A stretch of DNA of 64,000 nucleotides from a virus. Made by a program: the position numbers and the translations under genes. Positions 51,635-62,215 of the stretch are shown in pieces. Within the stretch, counting starts at the first letter, position 1, and the number at the start of each line of letters is the position of its first letter. The stretch lies in IMG/VR virus record IMGVR_UViG_3300035698_024626, positions 12,818 through 76,817 of that record; one strand, written 5' to 3'. A model generated the notes under the pieces. It had not been told where the DNA came from and ran no database searches. It saw nothing but the letters and a program-made list of their open reading frames with translations.

Positions 51635-52601
51635 CTATCTTTTCTGGCAGAAAATGGAAACTTAGGAAATTTGAACGACAAAGCCCTGCAAAAGAACGGG
51701 TGAAGGAAAATATCGTTATGGGACCGAGTGTTGGAAGATGCATTATAAAGAAGATCACCTTATCTGTCCAGCAAGCTAGCGAAGTTTGTCGCGACCTGGA
51801 GCAACTGGAGAACACCGGAATATGGGATTGCCCCACGTGGGCAACAGAGTTGTCGAAGCACTACCACGCAAATAGATGGTTTGTCGGAGAAACCCACTCT
51901 GTTATTCATCTTGAGGGCTGGCGGGCTGTCGCTAAGGCGTATAAAGATTCATGGGAACGACAAGCCTGGAAGGAACTGGGAGAATAAGAATGTATAGATA
52001 TACAGTCATAGGAATACACAACAGCGGTTTAGGGTTAATATTACACCTAGCGGCTGACTCTGCCAAGGACGCCCTTAAAGAATTCGAGAGCCGGGATGTT
52101 GGCGTGGCTCTGGCGATCCTCTCAGGTTTTCACGATAACTTAGTACCCAGGAACATATGGCCTGGATCGTCACCTCCACGTTTTCCCGCGAAAGAATAGA
52201 AATGGACCAATGCGAGTTCCCCCGATGCAGGAATCCAGCCGATATGACCTACATAAGAGTGCCACTCTGCGACAAACATTGGAACCAACTCAGTAACTCA
52301 GAAGGCAAAGTCGAAAAAAGGTTGTTGGCCAAAATCAACCTACAAAGAGACGAAAACGGGAAAGTAGTACCGATAACTTGAAGAACCAATAAGGAGTAAA
52401 ATGATGGATGTTGATAAATTGTTTGATCTGGTTAAGGAGCATTGCGGTCACGGTACTTTACATGCAGATGATGTAAAAAAAACAATAGCTTTTGTTATTA
52501 GGTGTCTTGCTTATGAATGGCAAGATGGTGGAGAAATAGAAGTAATACAACTATTTAAAAGTTGCTTAAAAAATTAGTATTTTCCTAAACAAAAGGTCTC
52601 T

Positions 52602-52616
52602 TTCAACGTATAACCT
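52602..52616 (+). promoter_or_regulatory. TTCAACGTATAACCT element, identical copy at 48747-48761; candidate phage promoter
   Basis: 15 bp exact repeat in two intergenic gaps, each a few nt before an ATG. Confidence 0.55.
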
Positions 52617-53116
52617 TACATGAACACGAAAGAGGTGGCATCCCAATTGCGCAAAATTCTGAACAGGGAAGACACGGAAACAGATGGCCTGATTAGGCGT
52701 GGCAAGTCATCCAAACACACCCATGAACTCGAAGTCCTGATGGAGCATGTTGCCTTGTTGGTAGCAGACCTGAGATTCGATGCTGAAGCATCTAAGAGAG
52801 AATTATTTGTAGCTCGTTCCCTTCTTGAAGAAATGCCCTAACAATCTGTTTAGTCTTTTTTTTTAATTGCCTTGGGAAAAGTGGACACTAAAAGGAAAGG
52901 AAATGAAAATGGAAAAGAAGTCAGAAGAACAAAAGCCACCAAGAAGTAGTCAAGTAAGAACAGTAGCCGATCTTAAAAGGATAATCGCTGAATGTCCTAA
53001 TGATCTACCAGTTGTTGGATTTTCTGGAGATGATGCAAAAGGCAATTGTTCCGTATATGTTAACGACGCCAGATACCCAACACTTCATATCAGACTTTGA
53101 GTTTCGAGGAAAGAAC

Positions 53117-54682
53117 ATGGATACATTTCAAAAGAACCTTATCGATTATCTTTGCTCAGGCCATTGTTTACTGCACGTCAGCACCTTTGAAAAAGACCGA
53201 GCAATAAATAGAATTAGCGAGGCCGCTAAGCAAATCAATCGCACGGTTCATATATGGTCAGTTGCGACAGGTTGGAAGAACGACCAGGGAGTCGTGGTGT
53301 CGGATGCTAAGCCGGGTTGCCCGGTAGAAGAAAGCCTCATGGCTATCACGGAATTCCCTCAGAATACTGTCTGTATCTTACAGGATTTCGATTGTTATTT
53401 GCGGCACGAAACCTACCCCGGTTTCGACATTATTATCTCATGGCTAAATGAATTACGACAAATGTTGTCAACTAATCAACAATCTATCATATTCGTAGGG
53501 CCAGCGTTTGAACCACCAATCGGATTGAAACATGATATTACTATGATAGATTTCGCCCTACCTGACACAAATCAAATTGAAGCTCAAATTATGTTCTCGT
53601 GCGAAGATGTGATGACAAAAGATGGAAAAAAGTTTGAGCCCAATCTAGACTTGCTCCCTCAAATAGTTGCTGCTTGTCGAGGCATGACGCAGCAGCAAAC
53701 CATTGACCGAGCTACGCTCACTTTAAGAAAGCATGGAGATTTTAACGAAGCTGCGATCAAAACAATTACTCGTGAAAAGGCTGCGGTCGTAAACGCATCC
53801 GGTCTTTTAACTTACATTGAACCGCCTGAAGGTGGGTTGTCGATTGTGGGTGGATATAGCGCTTTGAAACAGCACGTCCAACTCGATAAACCATGTTTTA
53901 CTACCGAAGCGAGAGAGTTTGGTATTGAATTTCCGAGGGGAATCATGCTCGTAGGAATCCCTGGTTGTGGAAAGACATTGCTGTCTCTTGCAATCGCATC
54001 GGAACTTGGTTTGCCACTCATAGCGATGGATGTTGGCAACCTAATGTCTAAGTACGTGGGCGAATCAGAATTGCACATGAGGGAAGCGATCGGTATGTTG
54101 GAGAGTATCGCGCCTTGTGTTTTGGTCTTGGACGAAATTGAGAAAGGCTTCGGGGGTGTGGGAGATATGGACGGGGGAGCATCACGTCGCGTATTTGGTA
54201 CATTTTTAAAATGGATGAACGACCGTACTTCTCCAGTTTATATAGTAGCAACAGCCAATCAGGTCCAGTCACTACCCCCGGAATTCTCCAGGAAAGGAAG
54301 ATTTGATGAAATATACGGACTTGACCTACCGGCAACTGAAGAGCGCGAAGAAATTTTTCGTATACATATAGCCAAAAGAGATAGGAAACCAGATGACTTT
54401 GACTTAGAAAAATTGGCCAACACTACTCCTGGGTATACAGGGGCAGATATTGAACAGATTGTTAAACTTGGCCTGAAGGTAGCATTCTCTGCCAAATTAC
54501 GACAACTCCAAACCGAGCATCTATTACAATGTGTAGAAGATATCATTCCGTTGTCTCAGACTGAAGAACAACGAATCAAGAACGTAAGAGATTGGTGCTC
54601 GCGACATGCTAAGCCTGCCAATCCACCAATAGAAAAGATATCCAAAGGTGGCGGCAGTAACAGAAAAGTTACCCTGAACTAG
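53117..54682 (+). CDS. AAA+ ATPase, Ycf46-like
   Basis: GIPGCGKT Walker A, LVLDEIEK Walker B, ATAN, LPPEFSRKGRFDE; degenerate N-terminal AAA domain. Confidence 0.9.
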   Translation: MDTFQKNLIDYLCSGHCLLHVSTFEKDRAINRISEAAKQINRTVHIWSVATGWKNDQGVVVSDAKPGCPVEESLMAITEFPQNTVCILQDFDCYLRHETYPGFDIIISWLNELRQMLSTNQQSIIFVGPAFEPPIGLKHDITMIDFALPDTNQIEAQIMFSCEDVMTKDGKKFEPNLDLLPQIVAACRGMTQQQTIDRATLTLRKHGDFNEAAIKTITREKAAVVNASGLLTYIEPPEGGLSIVGGYSALKQHVQLDKPCFTTEAREFGIEFPRGIMLVGIPGCGKTLLSLAIASELGLPLIAMDVGNLMSKYVGESELHMREAIGMLESIAPCVLVLDEIEKGFGGVGDMDGGASRRVFGTFLKWMNDRTSPVYIVATANQVQSLPPEFSRKGRFDEIYGLDLPATEEREEIFRIHIAKRDRKPDDFDLEKLANTTPGYTGADIEQIVKLGLKVAFSAKLRQLQTEHLLQCVEDIIPLSQTEEQRIKNVRDWCSRHAKPANPPIEKISKGGGSNRKVTLN

Positions 54683-54694
54683 AAGGAGAAAAAA

Positions 54695-55708
54695 ATGACC
54701 ACTACCGTTACGCAAGAACCAATGTTAGAGAAAGACACTATCAATCTTTTCAATGTCGGAGCGCTCATGAATCTCCGCGTAAAAATGTGGTCGGGTCGAA
54801 AAATGCTAACCCGCACCGACTTGATAAAAGTTGGATACGATCCAGATCATTTACCAGCAGACATAGTGAATCTTGGGCGAAAAAGTTTGGTGCCAAAAGC
54901 AGAACTACAGAATCTTACGCGCATCGAACAACAGGCTAGAAAGGGCCTCGAAAGATTTTCCGTGCCTTTTGGTATTGCCAACTCGCACTTTGTCCCTATC
55001 AAAATGTTACCCACGATAGTGCAACAACTAGAAGGCTTAAAAGAAGAATTCTTCACCAGAGTAGATAGCTTTATCACTCGTTTTGAAGACCTCAAAGCTA
55101 AAGTCGCAGCACAACACCCAGTATTCTGGACTAAATGTTTACAGGGCAACTATCCATCGAACCCCCAAGCACTAAGGCAATACTTCCATTTTGAGTGGTT
55201 TATCTTCAAAATCGCTGGCATGGATGCTATTCAACAATCCAGTGTGGAGGAAATGGTTGCTCAACAACAAGTCACTGATGAAAAACAATTAGAACTTCGT
55301 ACCCAGATGAAAAGCCAAATAGGCGAATTCGTCGGAGAATATGTTGGTGTAATGCGGGGAGAAGTTATTCGTTTTTGCGATCTAGTCACCAGTCGTATTA
55401 ACGGCAAGCCTTTTGGCGACGAAACTGAAGCGAAAAGACTCACCCCAAAATCTCTTTCCTGCTTCAGAAAATACATTGATCGATTCCATAATATGAATGT
55501 TTTTGGTGACACGGAAATCGAAAAGATGTTAAGAGAATTTAAGGAACAATTCCTCGATGACTTTTCAAGTCCTACAGATTTCGAGGGAGCTTCCGTAAAA
55601 ACTGGCATCACTACAGCACTAAGCGCTTTGCGGGAAAAGGCTCGCGCCGAAGGCGATAGCGGATCAAAGTTTATTGGTGGGTTAAAGCGAAAAGTGGTTT
55701 TAGATTAA
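54695..55708 (+). CDS. DUF3150-like protein
   Basis: WSGRKML...LGRKSLVP...FVP...YP pattern and position next to the Ycf46-like ATPase. Confidence 0.6.
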   Translation: MTTTVTQEPMLEKDTINLFNVGALMNLRVKMWSGRKMLTRTDLIKVGYDPDHLPADIVNLGRKSLVPKAELQNLTRIEQQARKGLERFSVPFGIANSHFVPIKMLPTIVQQLEGLKEEFFTRVDSFITRFEDLKAKVAAQHPVFWTKCLQGNYPSNPQALRQYFHFEWFIFKIAGMDAIQQSSVEEMVAQQQVTDEKQLELRTQMKSQIGEFVGEYVGVMRGEVIRFCDLVTSRINGKPFGDETEAKRLTPKSLSCFRKYIDRFHNMNVFGDTEIEKMLREFKEQFLDDFSSPTDFEGASVKTGITTALSALREKARAEGDSGSKFIGGLKRKVVLD

Positions 55709-55757
55709 AACAAGGAGAATTAGAACCCCAGTACTCACGAGATAAAAGGAGAAAAGC

Positions 55758-56174
55758 GTGAGCAGATTTTGCACAGTCGAAACCCAGTTTAAGGACGAAA
55801 ATGCTCTAATAGCGGCATTAATGGAAACAGGCGAATGGTCACAAGAACAGATAGAAATCCACGCTGAACCGCAGCATCTTTTTGGATATCATGGTGATAG
55901 ACGTTCCGAGACTGCCACAATTATTGTTCGACGAAAATTTATTAACTCTGCTTCCAACGATATCGGTTTCGTCAGGGGAGAAAGTGGTAACTACGAAGCT
56001 ATAATATCAGAATACGACAGATCGAAATATGGCATTAAATGGATGGCCACACTTAAAGCAAACTATTGCTACCACAAAATTAAAAAAGAACAAGAAAATC
56101 GTGGTAGGAAAGTGGCAAGAACGAGGTGTCCCCAAACTGGAAAGCAAAGAATCGAAATCGTAGGATATAGATAA
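55758..56174 (+). CDS. DUF1257 (Ycf35-like) protein
   Basis: SRFCTVETQFKDENALIAAL...GYHG...NDIGF...YEAIISEYD. Confidence 0.8.
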   Translation: MSRFCTVETQFKDENALIAALMETGEWSQEQIEIHAEPQHLFGYHGDRRSETATIIVRRKFINSASNDIGFVRGESGNYEAIISEYDRSKYGIKWMATLKANYCYHKIKKEQENRGRKVARTRCPQTGKQRIEIVGYR

Positions 56175-56179
56175 TCCCT

Positions 56180-56560
56180 ATGAATAATCTGTTGCGACAC
56201 ATATGTATTCAAAAGGCGACACAAATATTTAAGCATAGTAACGTCAAAAGAGCTAAGGTATCTGCGATTGCGATAAGCAGAGGAGGCAAAATTATAGCCT
56301 TCACTACCAATAGAAGAATCTACGGAGATAAGCACAGATTCACTCAACATGCAGAAGAAAGATTAATAATAAAATTGCAAAAAATAAAAGCTTTTCAAAG
56401 ATTCGGCAAAATTACTATTTTAGTAATAAGGTTTAATAGTAGAGGAATCGCGATGGCTAAGCCATGTTTAGATTGCCAACGAATACTTAGCCAATACAAT
56501 ACAGAAGTGTTCTATACAGCAAACGACGGCCTTATAAAAAGGTTACGGATGAGTAATTAA
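56180..56560 (+). CDS. Cytidine/deoxycytidylate deaminase-like protein
   Basis: HAE ... AKPCLDC zinc motif. Confidence 0.8.
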   Translation: MNNLLRHICIQKATQIFKHSNVKRAKVSAIAISRGGKIIAFTTNRRIYGDKHRFTQHAEERLIIKLQKIKAFQRFGKITILVIRFNSRGIAMAKPCLDCQRILSQYNTEVFYTANDGLIKRLRMSN

Positions 56561-57187
56561 ATGCCAAGATTCATTGATTTGACTGGACAAAGATTTGGGA
56601 GACTTGTTGTTCTGAAATTAATTGGAAAGAATAAATGGGGCAGTTACCAATGGCTATGTCGATGTGATTGTGGCAAAGAAAAAATCGTGCGAATCGATAG
56701 TCTCAAAAGTGGTAGAACAAAGAGTTGTGGATGTTTGAATAGAGAAAGATTAACCAAGCATGGTCATTATGGAGATAGAACCTACAAATCGTGGAGCCAA
56801 ATGATTCAACGATGTACCAACCCTAATAATAAATATTTTAAAGATTACGGTGGTCGAGGTATTACGGTTTGCGAAAGATGGTTAAATTCTTTCCCGAATT
56901 TTCTTGAGGATATGGGAGAGAGCCCTAAAGGACACCAAATTGATCGAATGAATAACGATAAGGGGTATCACAAATCTAATTGTCTATGGGTTACGCCAAA
57001 ACAAAATAGCCGTAACAGACGAAGCAATCATCTGGAAACCCATAATGGAAAGACACAATGTATAACAGCTTGGAGCGAAGAGGTGGGAATTCCAGAATAT
57101 GTTATTAGACAACGACTTAAACACGGTTGGTCAATAGAAAGAGCATTAACAACACCAGTCAAAAAATATAAAAGGAGAAAATCTTGA
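56561..57187 (+). CDS. HNH-type homing endonuclease
   Basis: DLTGQRFGRL..CRCDCG..KSCGC..YGGRGITVCERW..IDR.NND; paralogue of 49123. Confidence 0.85.
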   Translation: MPRFIDLTGQRFGRLVVLKLIGKNKWGSYQWLCRCDCGKEKIVRIDSLKSGRTKSCGCLNRERLTKHGHYGDRTYKSWSQMIQRCTNPNNKYFKDYGGRGITVCERWLNSFPNFLEDMGESPKGHQIDRMNNDKGYHKSNCLWVTPKQNSRNRRSNHLETHNGKTQCITAWSEEVGIPEYVIRQRLKHGWSIERALTTPVKKYKRRKS

Positions 57188-59046
57188 TAGATATTAAGCT
57201 ATTAGAAAAAGCCTCCGCTGCGTACTATTCTGGCGAGCCTATTCTGTCCGATTCCGAATTCGACAAAATGTGCGCCGAATTACGACAAGTTGATCCTGAA
57301 AATCCTTTTCTAAAAAGAATCGGAGCCCCGCCCCCAGGAACAGTCAAGGCCAAACACAAAATTGCAATGGGCTCCCTATCTAATGCAAACAACGAAGAAG
57401 AATTTAAGCATTGGCTACAGACACTCCCGTCTAATCAAGTTCATCTGAGTCACAAGATGGACGGATTAAGCGTAGAACTGATATATCAAAATGGTTCTTT
57501 TATTCGCGCGATCACGAGAGGCGACGGTGAAATAGGGGAAGATGTAACGAAAAATGTCATCAAATCTGGAAATATACCTCTATTGATCGACAGAAACATC
57601 ACATCGATTCGGTGTGAATGCATTATCCTAAAAAGTGATTGGGCCGAATATTTCCAAGGAGATGCAAACCCAAGAAATAGTGCCGCAGGGACTCTTCGCA
57701 GAAAAGATGGACACAATGCAGAATACTTGCGTTTCTATGCCTTTGACGCAATCGGAATAAATTGGGATACAGAGTTCACAGCATTACTCACTCTACAGGG
57801 ATGGTTTTTCATCCCAGAATGGGAAATTGAAATAGATACCGATGTGAAATTCATTATCCGATGGTGCAAAAACCAAGAAAACAACAGAGATAATTTGAAG
57901 TATGAAATTGATGGCATTGTAGCTAAATTAGACGATCGCGTTCAATCACAAAAGATGGGAAGCCAAAATGATCGACCAAAATCGCAAATCGCCTTCAAAT
58001 TTACGCCCCGTGCGGCAGAAACCATTCTCCAAGAAGTTGTCTGGCAAATAGGAGCCACGGGCGCAATTGTTCCAGTGGCGGTAGTGTCCCCAGTCGGGGT
58101 CGGCGGAACAATTATCAAAAGAGCGTCCCTTTGCAACATGGACGAAATAGATCGCTTACAAATTGCTATCGGAGATACAATTGAGGTCATTAGGGCTGGA
58201 GATGTTATCCCCAAGATCATCCGACGAATTTCCAAAAGCACCAGTCGTCAAAAAATCCAAGCACCCACAACATGCCCAATCTGTAACTCACCACTTCAAA
58301 AAAATGGAGCACATCTATTCTGCTATAATTCCATGTGCGAAGGACGATCATTCTGTCGTGTAATGACTTGGATTAAAAAACGCAACATTCTTAACCTTGG
58401 TCCTGAAATCGTCAAAGCGATCGGCGTAGATTCTATCCATCATCTCTATGTCCTCAATAAAGATAAATTAGCGAACACACAAATAGGTAATGGAAGATTA
58501 GGCGAATCTCGCGCAAACAAAATCATAGCAGAACTTGAGAAATCTAGAACGGTTACTCTCTGGGAGTTCTTGGGCTGCTTAGGGATCAAAGGTATCGGTA
58601 GAACATTAGCAAAACAAATCGTTGTCAATCTGAAAATGAAAACTCTTGAAGACATCTTTGCTCTAACACCCAACGACATCCAAGGACTAGAAGGTTTCGC
58701 GGAACAACGAGCAGAAGATTTCTGTAATTGGTTAAAAGAACACGAACTAGAAATTGCTAAACTGGAGATGCAAATGGATTTTGAAGAAGAAAAAGAAACC
58801 ACTTCCACGGACAACTCTCTTAACGGAGAAGTAATTTGTTTTACTGGTAAGAGTCCCAAACCCCGGAGTGAAATGGCAGAAATGGCTGCAAAAGCAGGGG
58901 CAACGGTGGGCAGTTCTGTAACAGGCAAAACAACTATTTTGGTTATTGCCGACCCAAACTCTGTGTCAAGCAAAGCCGTTAAGGCAAGAAAAGCTGGTGT
59001 CAAATTGATCAGCCCAGAAAACTTTCTCGAAGTTGTAAGTCAATAA
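57184..59046 (+). CDS. ligA: NAD-dependent DNA ligase
   Basis: YY..D..FD, KMDG, TRGDG..GEDVT, NPRN.AAG, DGIV, RAGDVIP, Zn finger, HhH and BRCT. Confidence 0.95.
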   Translation: MIDIKLLEKASAAYYSGEPILSDSEFDKMCAELRQVDPENPFLKRIGAPPPGTVKAKHKIAMGSLSNANNEEEFKHWLQTLPSNQVHLSHKMDGLSVELIYQNGSFIRAITRGDGEIGEDVTKNVIKSGNIPLLIDRNITSIRCECIILKSDWAEYFQGDANPRNSAAGTLRRKDGHNAEYLRFYAFDAIGINWDTEFTALLTLQGWFFIPEWEIEIDTDVKFIIRWCKNQENNRDNLKYEIDGIVAKLDDRVQSQKMGSQNDRPKSQIAFKFTPRAAETILQEVVWQIGATGAIVPVAVVSPVGVGGTIIKRASLCNMDEIDRLQIAIGDTIEVIRAGDVIPKIIRRISKSTSRQKIQAPTTCPICNSPLQKNGAHLFCYNSMCEGRSFCRVMTWIKKRNILNLGPEIVKAIGVDSIHHLYVLNKDKLANTQIGNGRLGESRANKIIAELEKSRTVTLWEFLGCLGIKGIGRTLAKQIVVNLKMKTLEDIFALTPNDIQGLEGFAEQRAEDFCNWLKEHELEIAKLEMQMDFEEEKETTSTDNSLNGEVICFTGKSPKPRSEMAEMAAKAGATVGSSVTGKTTILVIADPNSVSSKAVKARKAGVKLISPENFLEVVSQ

Positions 59047-59109
59047 GGAAATTCATATGAAAATGGATTGGCTAGAACTTGAAACACGAAGACGTTAGAG
59101 GCAAAGCAA

Positions 59110-59511
59110 ATGGATGAATACCACCAAGCTGGTCTTGATAACGAAGTAATCTGTTTCACTGGGAAGAGTCCAAAACCCAGAAAAGAAATGACAAAAATAG
59201 CCAACCAAGCAGGCGCTACGGTAAGTAATTCTATCACCAAAAAAGTAACTATATTGGTAATGGGTAATCTGAATTCTACATCAAGCAAAGCTGTGAAAGC
59301 CCGAGCCCTCGGAATACAACTCATTACTCCAGAAACATTTCTTCAATTGGCTGAAAATATGTCTTGGTCCGATGGTTTGAAGGAAGCGCATGGCATGCTA
59401 TACGGGAAAAACAGCCCAATAACTATTAATAAACATACTAAACACCATAGAAAAGATCAACAATCCAAAAAACAAGGACCGCCACGTAGACGAGTAATAT
59501 TAGATAAATGA
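59110..59511 (+). CDS. Stand-alone BRCT domain protein, duplicate of the ligase C-terminus
   Basis: EVICFTGKSPKPR...AGATV..S.T.K.TILV...SSKAVKAR shared with ligA. Confidence 0.85.
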   Translation: MDEYHQAGLDNEVICFTGKSPKPRKEMTKIANQAGATVSNSITKKVTILVMGNLNSTSSKAVKARALGIQLITPETFLQLAENMSWSDGLKEAHGMLYGKNSPITINKHTKHHRKDQQSKKQGPPRRRVILDK

Positions 59512-59645
59512 GGTAAAGGGAAAAGAATTGTTAGCAGCCCTTGGACTGACAGCAGATGAAATCATAGAATTAGGACGCTTGTGATTACTCAAACAAATTT
59601 GCCCTGTATTGTACATAATTGGCATTAGGAGAAAGATAAAATAAT

Positions 59646-60665
59646 ATGATAGATAAACAATATGATCTATGTTTTAACGACATTTTGCTCATTCCGCAGT
59701 ATTCAGAACTCGATTCTCGCACAACTCCCAGCACAGCAACTCATCTTGGATGGCTCAAATTAGAGACGCCAATCATCTCAGCACCTATGGATTCGATTAC
59801 AGGAAAACACATGCTGACCACCATGGCCAAATTGGGTGGCCTTGGAATTCTAAGTCGTCATATCAATTTGCCCGACAAAGAAGAGTTGGCTACACAAATA
59901 AAAGAAGTCCAGTGGGCTCGCAACCAGGGAGCAAACAACATTGGTTGTGCCATTGGGGTGAAGGAAAATGTTGGCCATAAGGCTCAGTCGTTGCTCAATG
60001 CTGGGTGCAACGTCATCTGTTTGGATGTAGCTCATGGCGATCATCTAAAAATGTACGAAGCAATAGAAACATTAGCGCATCTAAAAGAGAAGTATCGTTT
60101 CATTATCATGGCTGGTAACGTATGCACATACGACGCCGCCTTTAGATTTGCCGATTGTGGAGTTGACGCGATCAAGGTGGGCATTGGTCCTGGCGCGGCT
60201 TGCACGACCAGACTTATTACCGGATTTGGACGTGGACAACTATCTGCTATCCAAGACTGTTGTGTCGCAGTCAAAAATGAGTTTCCCGAAGTTTCCATTA
60301 TAGCAGACGGGGGATTACGAAATTCTGGCAATATGATCAAATCCTTCTGGGGGGGTGCCGATGCGTGCATGATCGGGTATATGCTCGCTGGAACCAGCGA
60401 TACACCCAAGATAGAAGGCAAAAGAATCTACCGAGGCATGAGCAGCCGAAGCGTTTCTGGTCGTTCAGACATTGCTCCAGAAGGAATTGAGATCAATGTA
60501 GCTGATAAGGGGGAAACAAAAAAAGTTATAGAGGAATATGTTAAAGGAATAAAGGCGGGATTAGCCATGGGTGGAGCAAAAAACCTTAACGAATTAAGAG
60601 AAAATGTGACACATGTGATTGTCAGTCCCCTCTCTATGGACGAAACAATGCCAAAAACTCAGTAA
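59646..60665 (+). CDS. IMP dehydrogenase / GMP reductase family protein (no CBS domains)
   Basis: PIISAPMD, LDVAHG, AGNV, KVGIGPGAACTTR, IIADGG, YRGMSS. Confidence 0.9.
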   Translation: MIDKQYDLCFNDILLIPQYSELDSRTTPSTATHLGWLKLETPIISAPMDSITGKHMLTTMAKLGGLGILSRHINLPDKEELATQIKEVQWARNQGANNIGCAIGVKENVGHKAQSLLNAGCNVICLDVAHGDHLKMYEAIETLAHLKEKYRFIIMAGNVCTYDAAFRFADCGVDAIKVGIGPGAACTTRLITGFGRGQLSAIQDCCVAVKNEFPEVSIIADGGLRNSGNMIKSFWGGADACMIGYMLAGTSDTPKIEGKRIYRGMSSRSVSGRSDIAPEGIEINVADKGETKKVIEEYVKGIKAGLAMGGAKNLNELRENVTHVIVSPLSMDETMPKTQ

Positions 60666-61059
60666 CAAAGGAGAGTAAAACAATGGAAGAAAGAGAAAAA
60701 CGACTGCTACAAGAACCACTAAAAGTAGATGATATTATGCCCGCCGGAACTATTACCGATCCAAACAGATGGGTGGTAGCTCGGGTTAATGGTAATCCTA
60801 TGAGTAATGAAGAACGTAATAGGGTTGCATCTCAATTAGTCGATCGTTGGAACAATTGTGACGCACTAGCAATAGCATTGCAGAAATTAATCAGTGTTGC
60901 CAAGGCAGACCTTGCATCTACCCTTTCCGACGATTGTACAGAATTCAAAGAACAAGTAGCCAGAGCAGAACTGATTTACAATAAATATTCTGGATAATCA
61001 AAAGTGTATATCAATATTAATCGAACAATCTATCACTAAAAACGAAACTGGAGAACAGG

Positions 61060-61314
61060 ATGAGAATCGTATTGGAAGTTGACGACAATGGCAATTTACA
61101 CGGCCTCTATACCGATAGAATTAATTTGTTTTCCATCGGACGAGTTACTAACGTCCAAAAAGCCTCCAACGTTGAATTTGATGAATTATCACAATCTTGG
61201 CAAGTATTGTCTCTCGATGGAAAAGTTTTGCATACAAATGCGAACAGAGAAGCGGCGATAGAGTGGGAGATAGAGCATTTCTCTGTCAGAGGGATTTATT
61301 ATTTGGAACAGTAA
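61060..61314 (+). CDS. Small conserved protein recalled from AAA/DUF1257/DUF2997 neighbourhoods
   Basis: GLYTDRINL..IG....KASNVEFD....W...REAAIEWE. Confidence 0.6.
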   Translation: MRIVLEVDDNGNLHGLYTDRINLFSIGRVTNVQKASNVEFDELSQSWQVLSLDGKVLHTNANREAAIEWEIEHFSVRGIYYLEQ

Positions 61315-61775
61315 TAATGTCACCATACGTCTGGCATGTTTACGAAACAATATAAGGAAAAAATTTCACCACGAATAAAAAACACATCATAACAGCTATC
61401 AGAAAAGAGTCGCTAGACCTTCCACCTAGCAAGTTCGTAGCTATTCTCGAAGAGTTCCAATTGGAATCATATTCAAAAAGATGTCTCAATGAAATGCCTC
61501 TATGTAGACTTCAAGATATGCTAGAAAGACTTAGAAGATTAATAATATTGGGTTAATACCCTAGAAAGGAAAATGACATAATATGAGAAAAGTACATTAC
61601 AGAGTTGTATTGGATGTGTACGTACACGAAGATGACGGTGCAGACATGACAGATCGCTTGATGGAATCTGGTTTTGTTATTGATTATTATCAAGACGAAG
61701 TTGGAGAAGTAGGCGACATACAAGATATCTCCACAGAGAGTGTCGAAGCCATTGATTCTCGTTGAGGAGAAAATC

Positions 61776-61979
61776 ATGCAGAAAAAAAAGGTTGTAGTGG
61801 AAATTGATGCAGAAGGAAACTGTTCTATAGATGGGCAAGGGTTTCAAGGAACAGAATGTAGTCATTTTATTGGCGAAATTGAAGAGGCTTTAGGACAGAA
61901 AATATTTCAAAGAGATAAGCCTGAATATAGACAAAGGCGAACAATTAGTAATCGGAACCTTCAGAAAGGAGGCCGATGA
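61776..61979 (+). CDS. DUF2997 protein
   Basis: VVVEIDAEG.CSIDGQGFQGTEC....IEEALG......KPEY. Confidence 0.82.
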   Translation: MQKKKVVVEIDAEGNCSIDGQGFQGTECSHFIGEIEEALGQKIFQRDKPEYRQRRTISNRNLQKGGR

Positions 61980-62215
61980 TGACAAACGACCAGCTTCCTA
62001 TGGTGTGGGTTGCCCAAGATACAGATGGCAGTTGGAAGTGGTGTGTAGGGGAGCAAAGTGGCGGAAATCCAACATATCTATCAACCAACTCATTTAAAAC
62101 AGCGCAATACGCCAAGGAAAATGCTCGACTCACATTAAGTCGTGGTAGTGTCCCATTTGTCTTTGCTCCAAACTTGAGAGTTGATGATAACGAATAATGT
62201 AGTCGGGAGAAAGTA

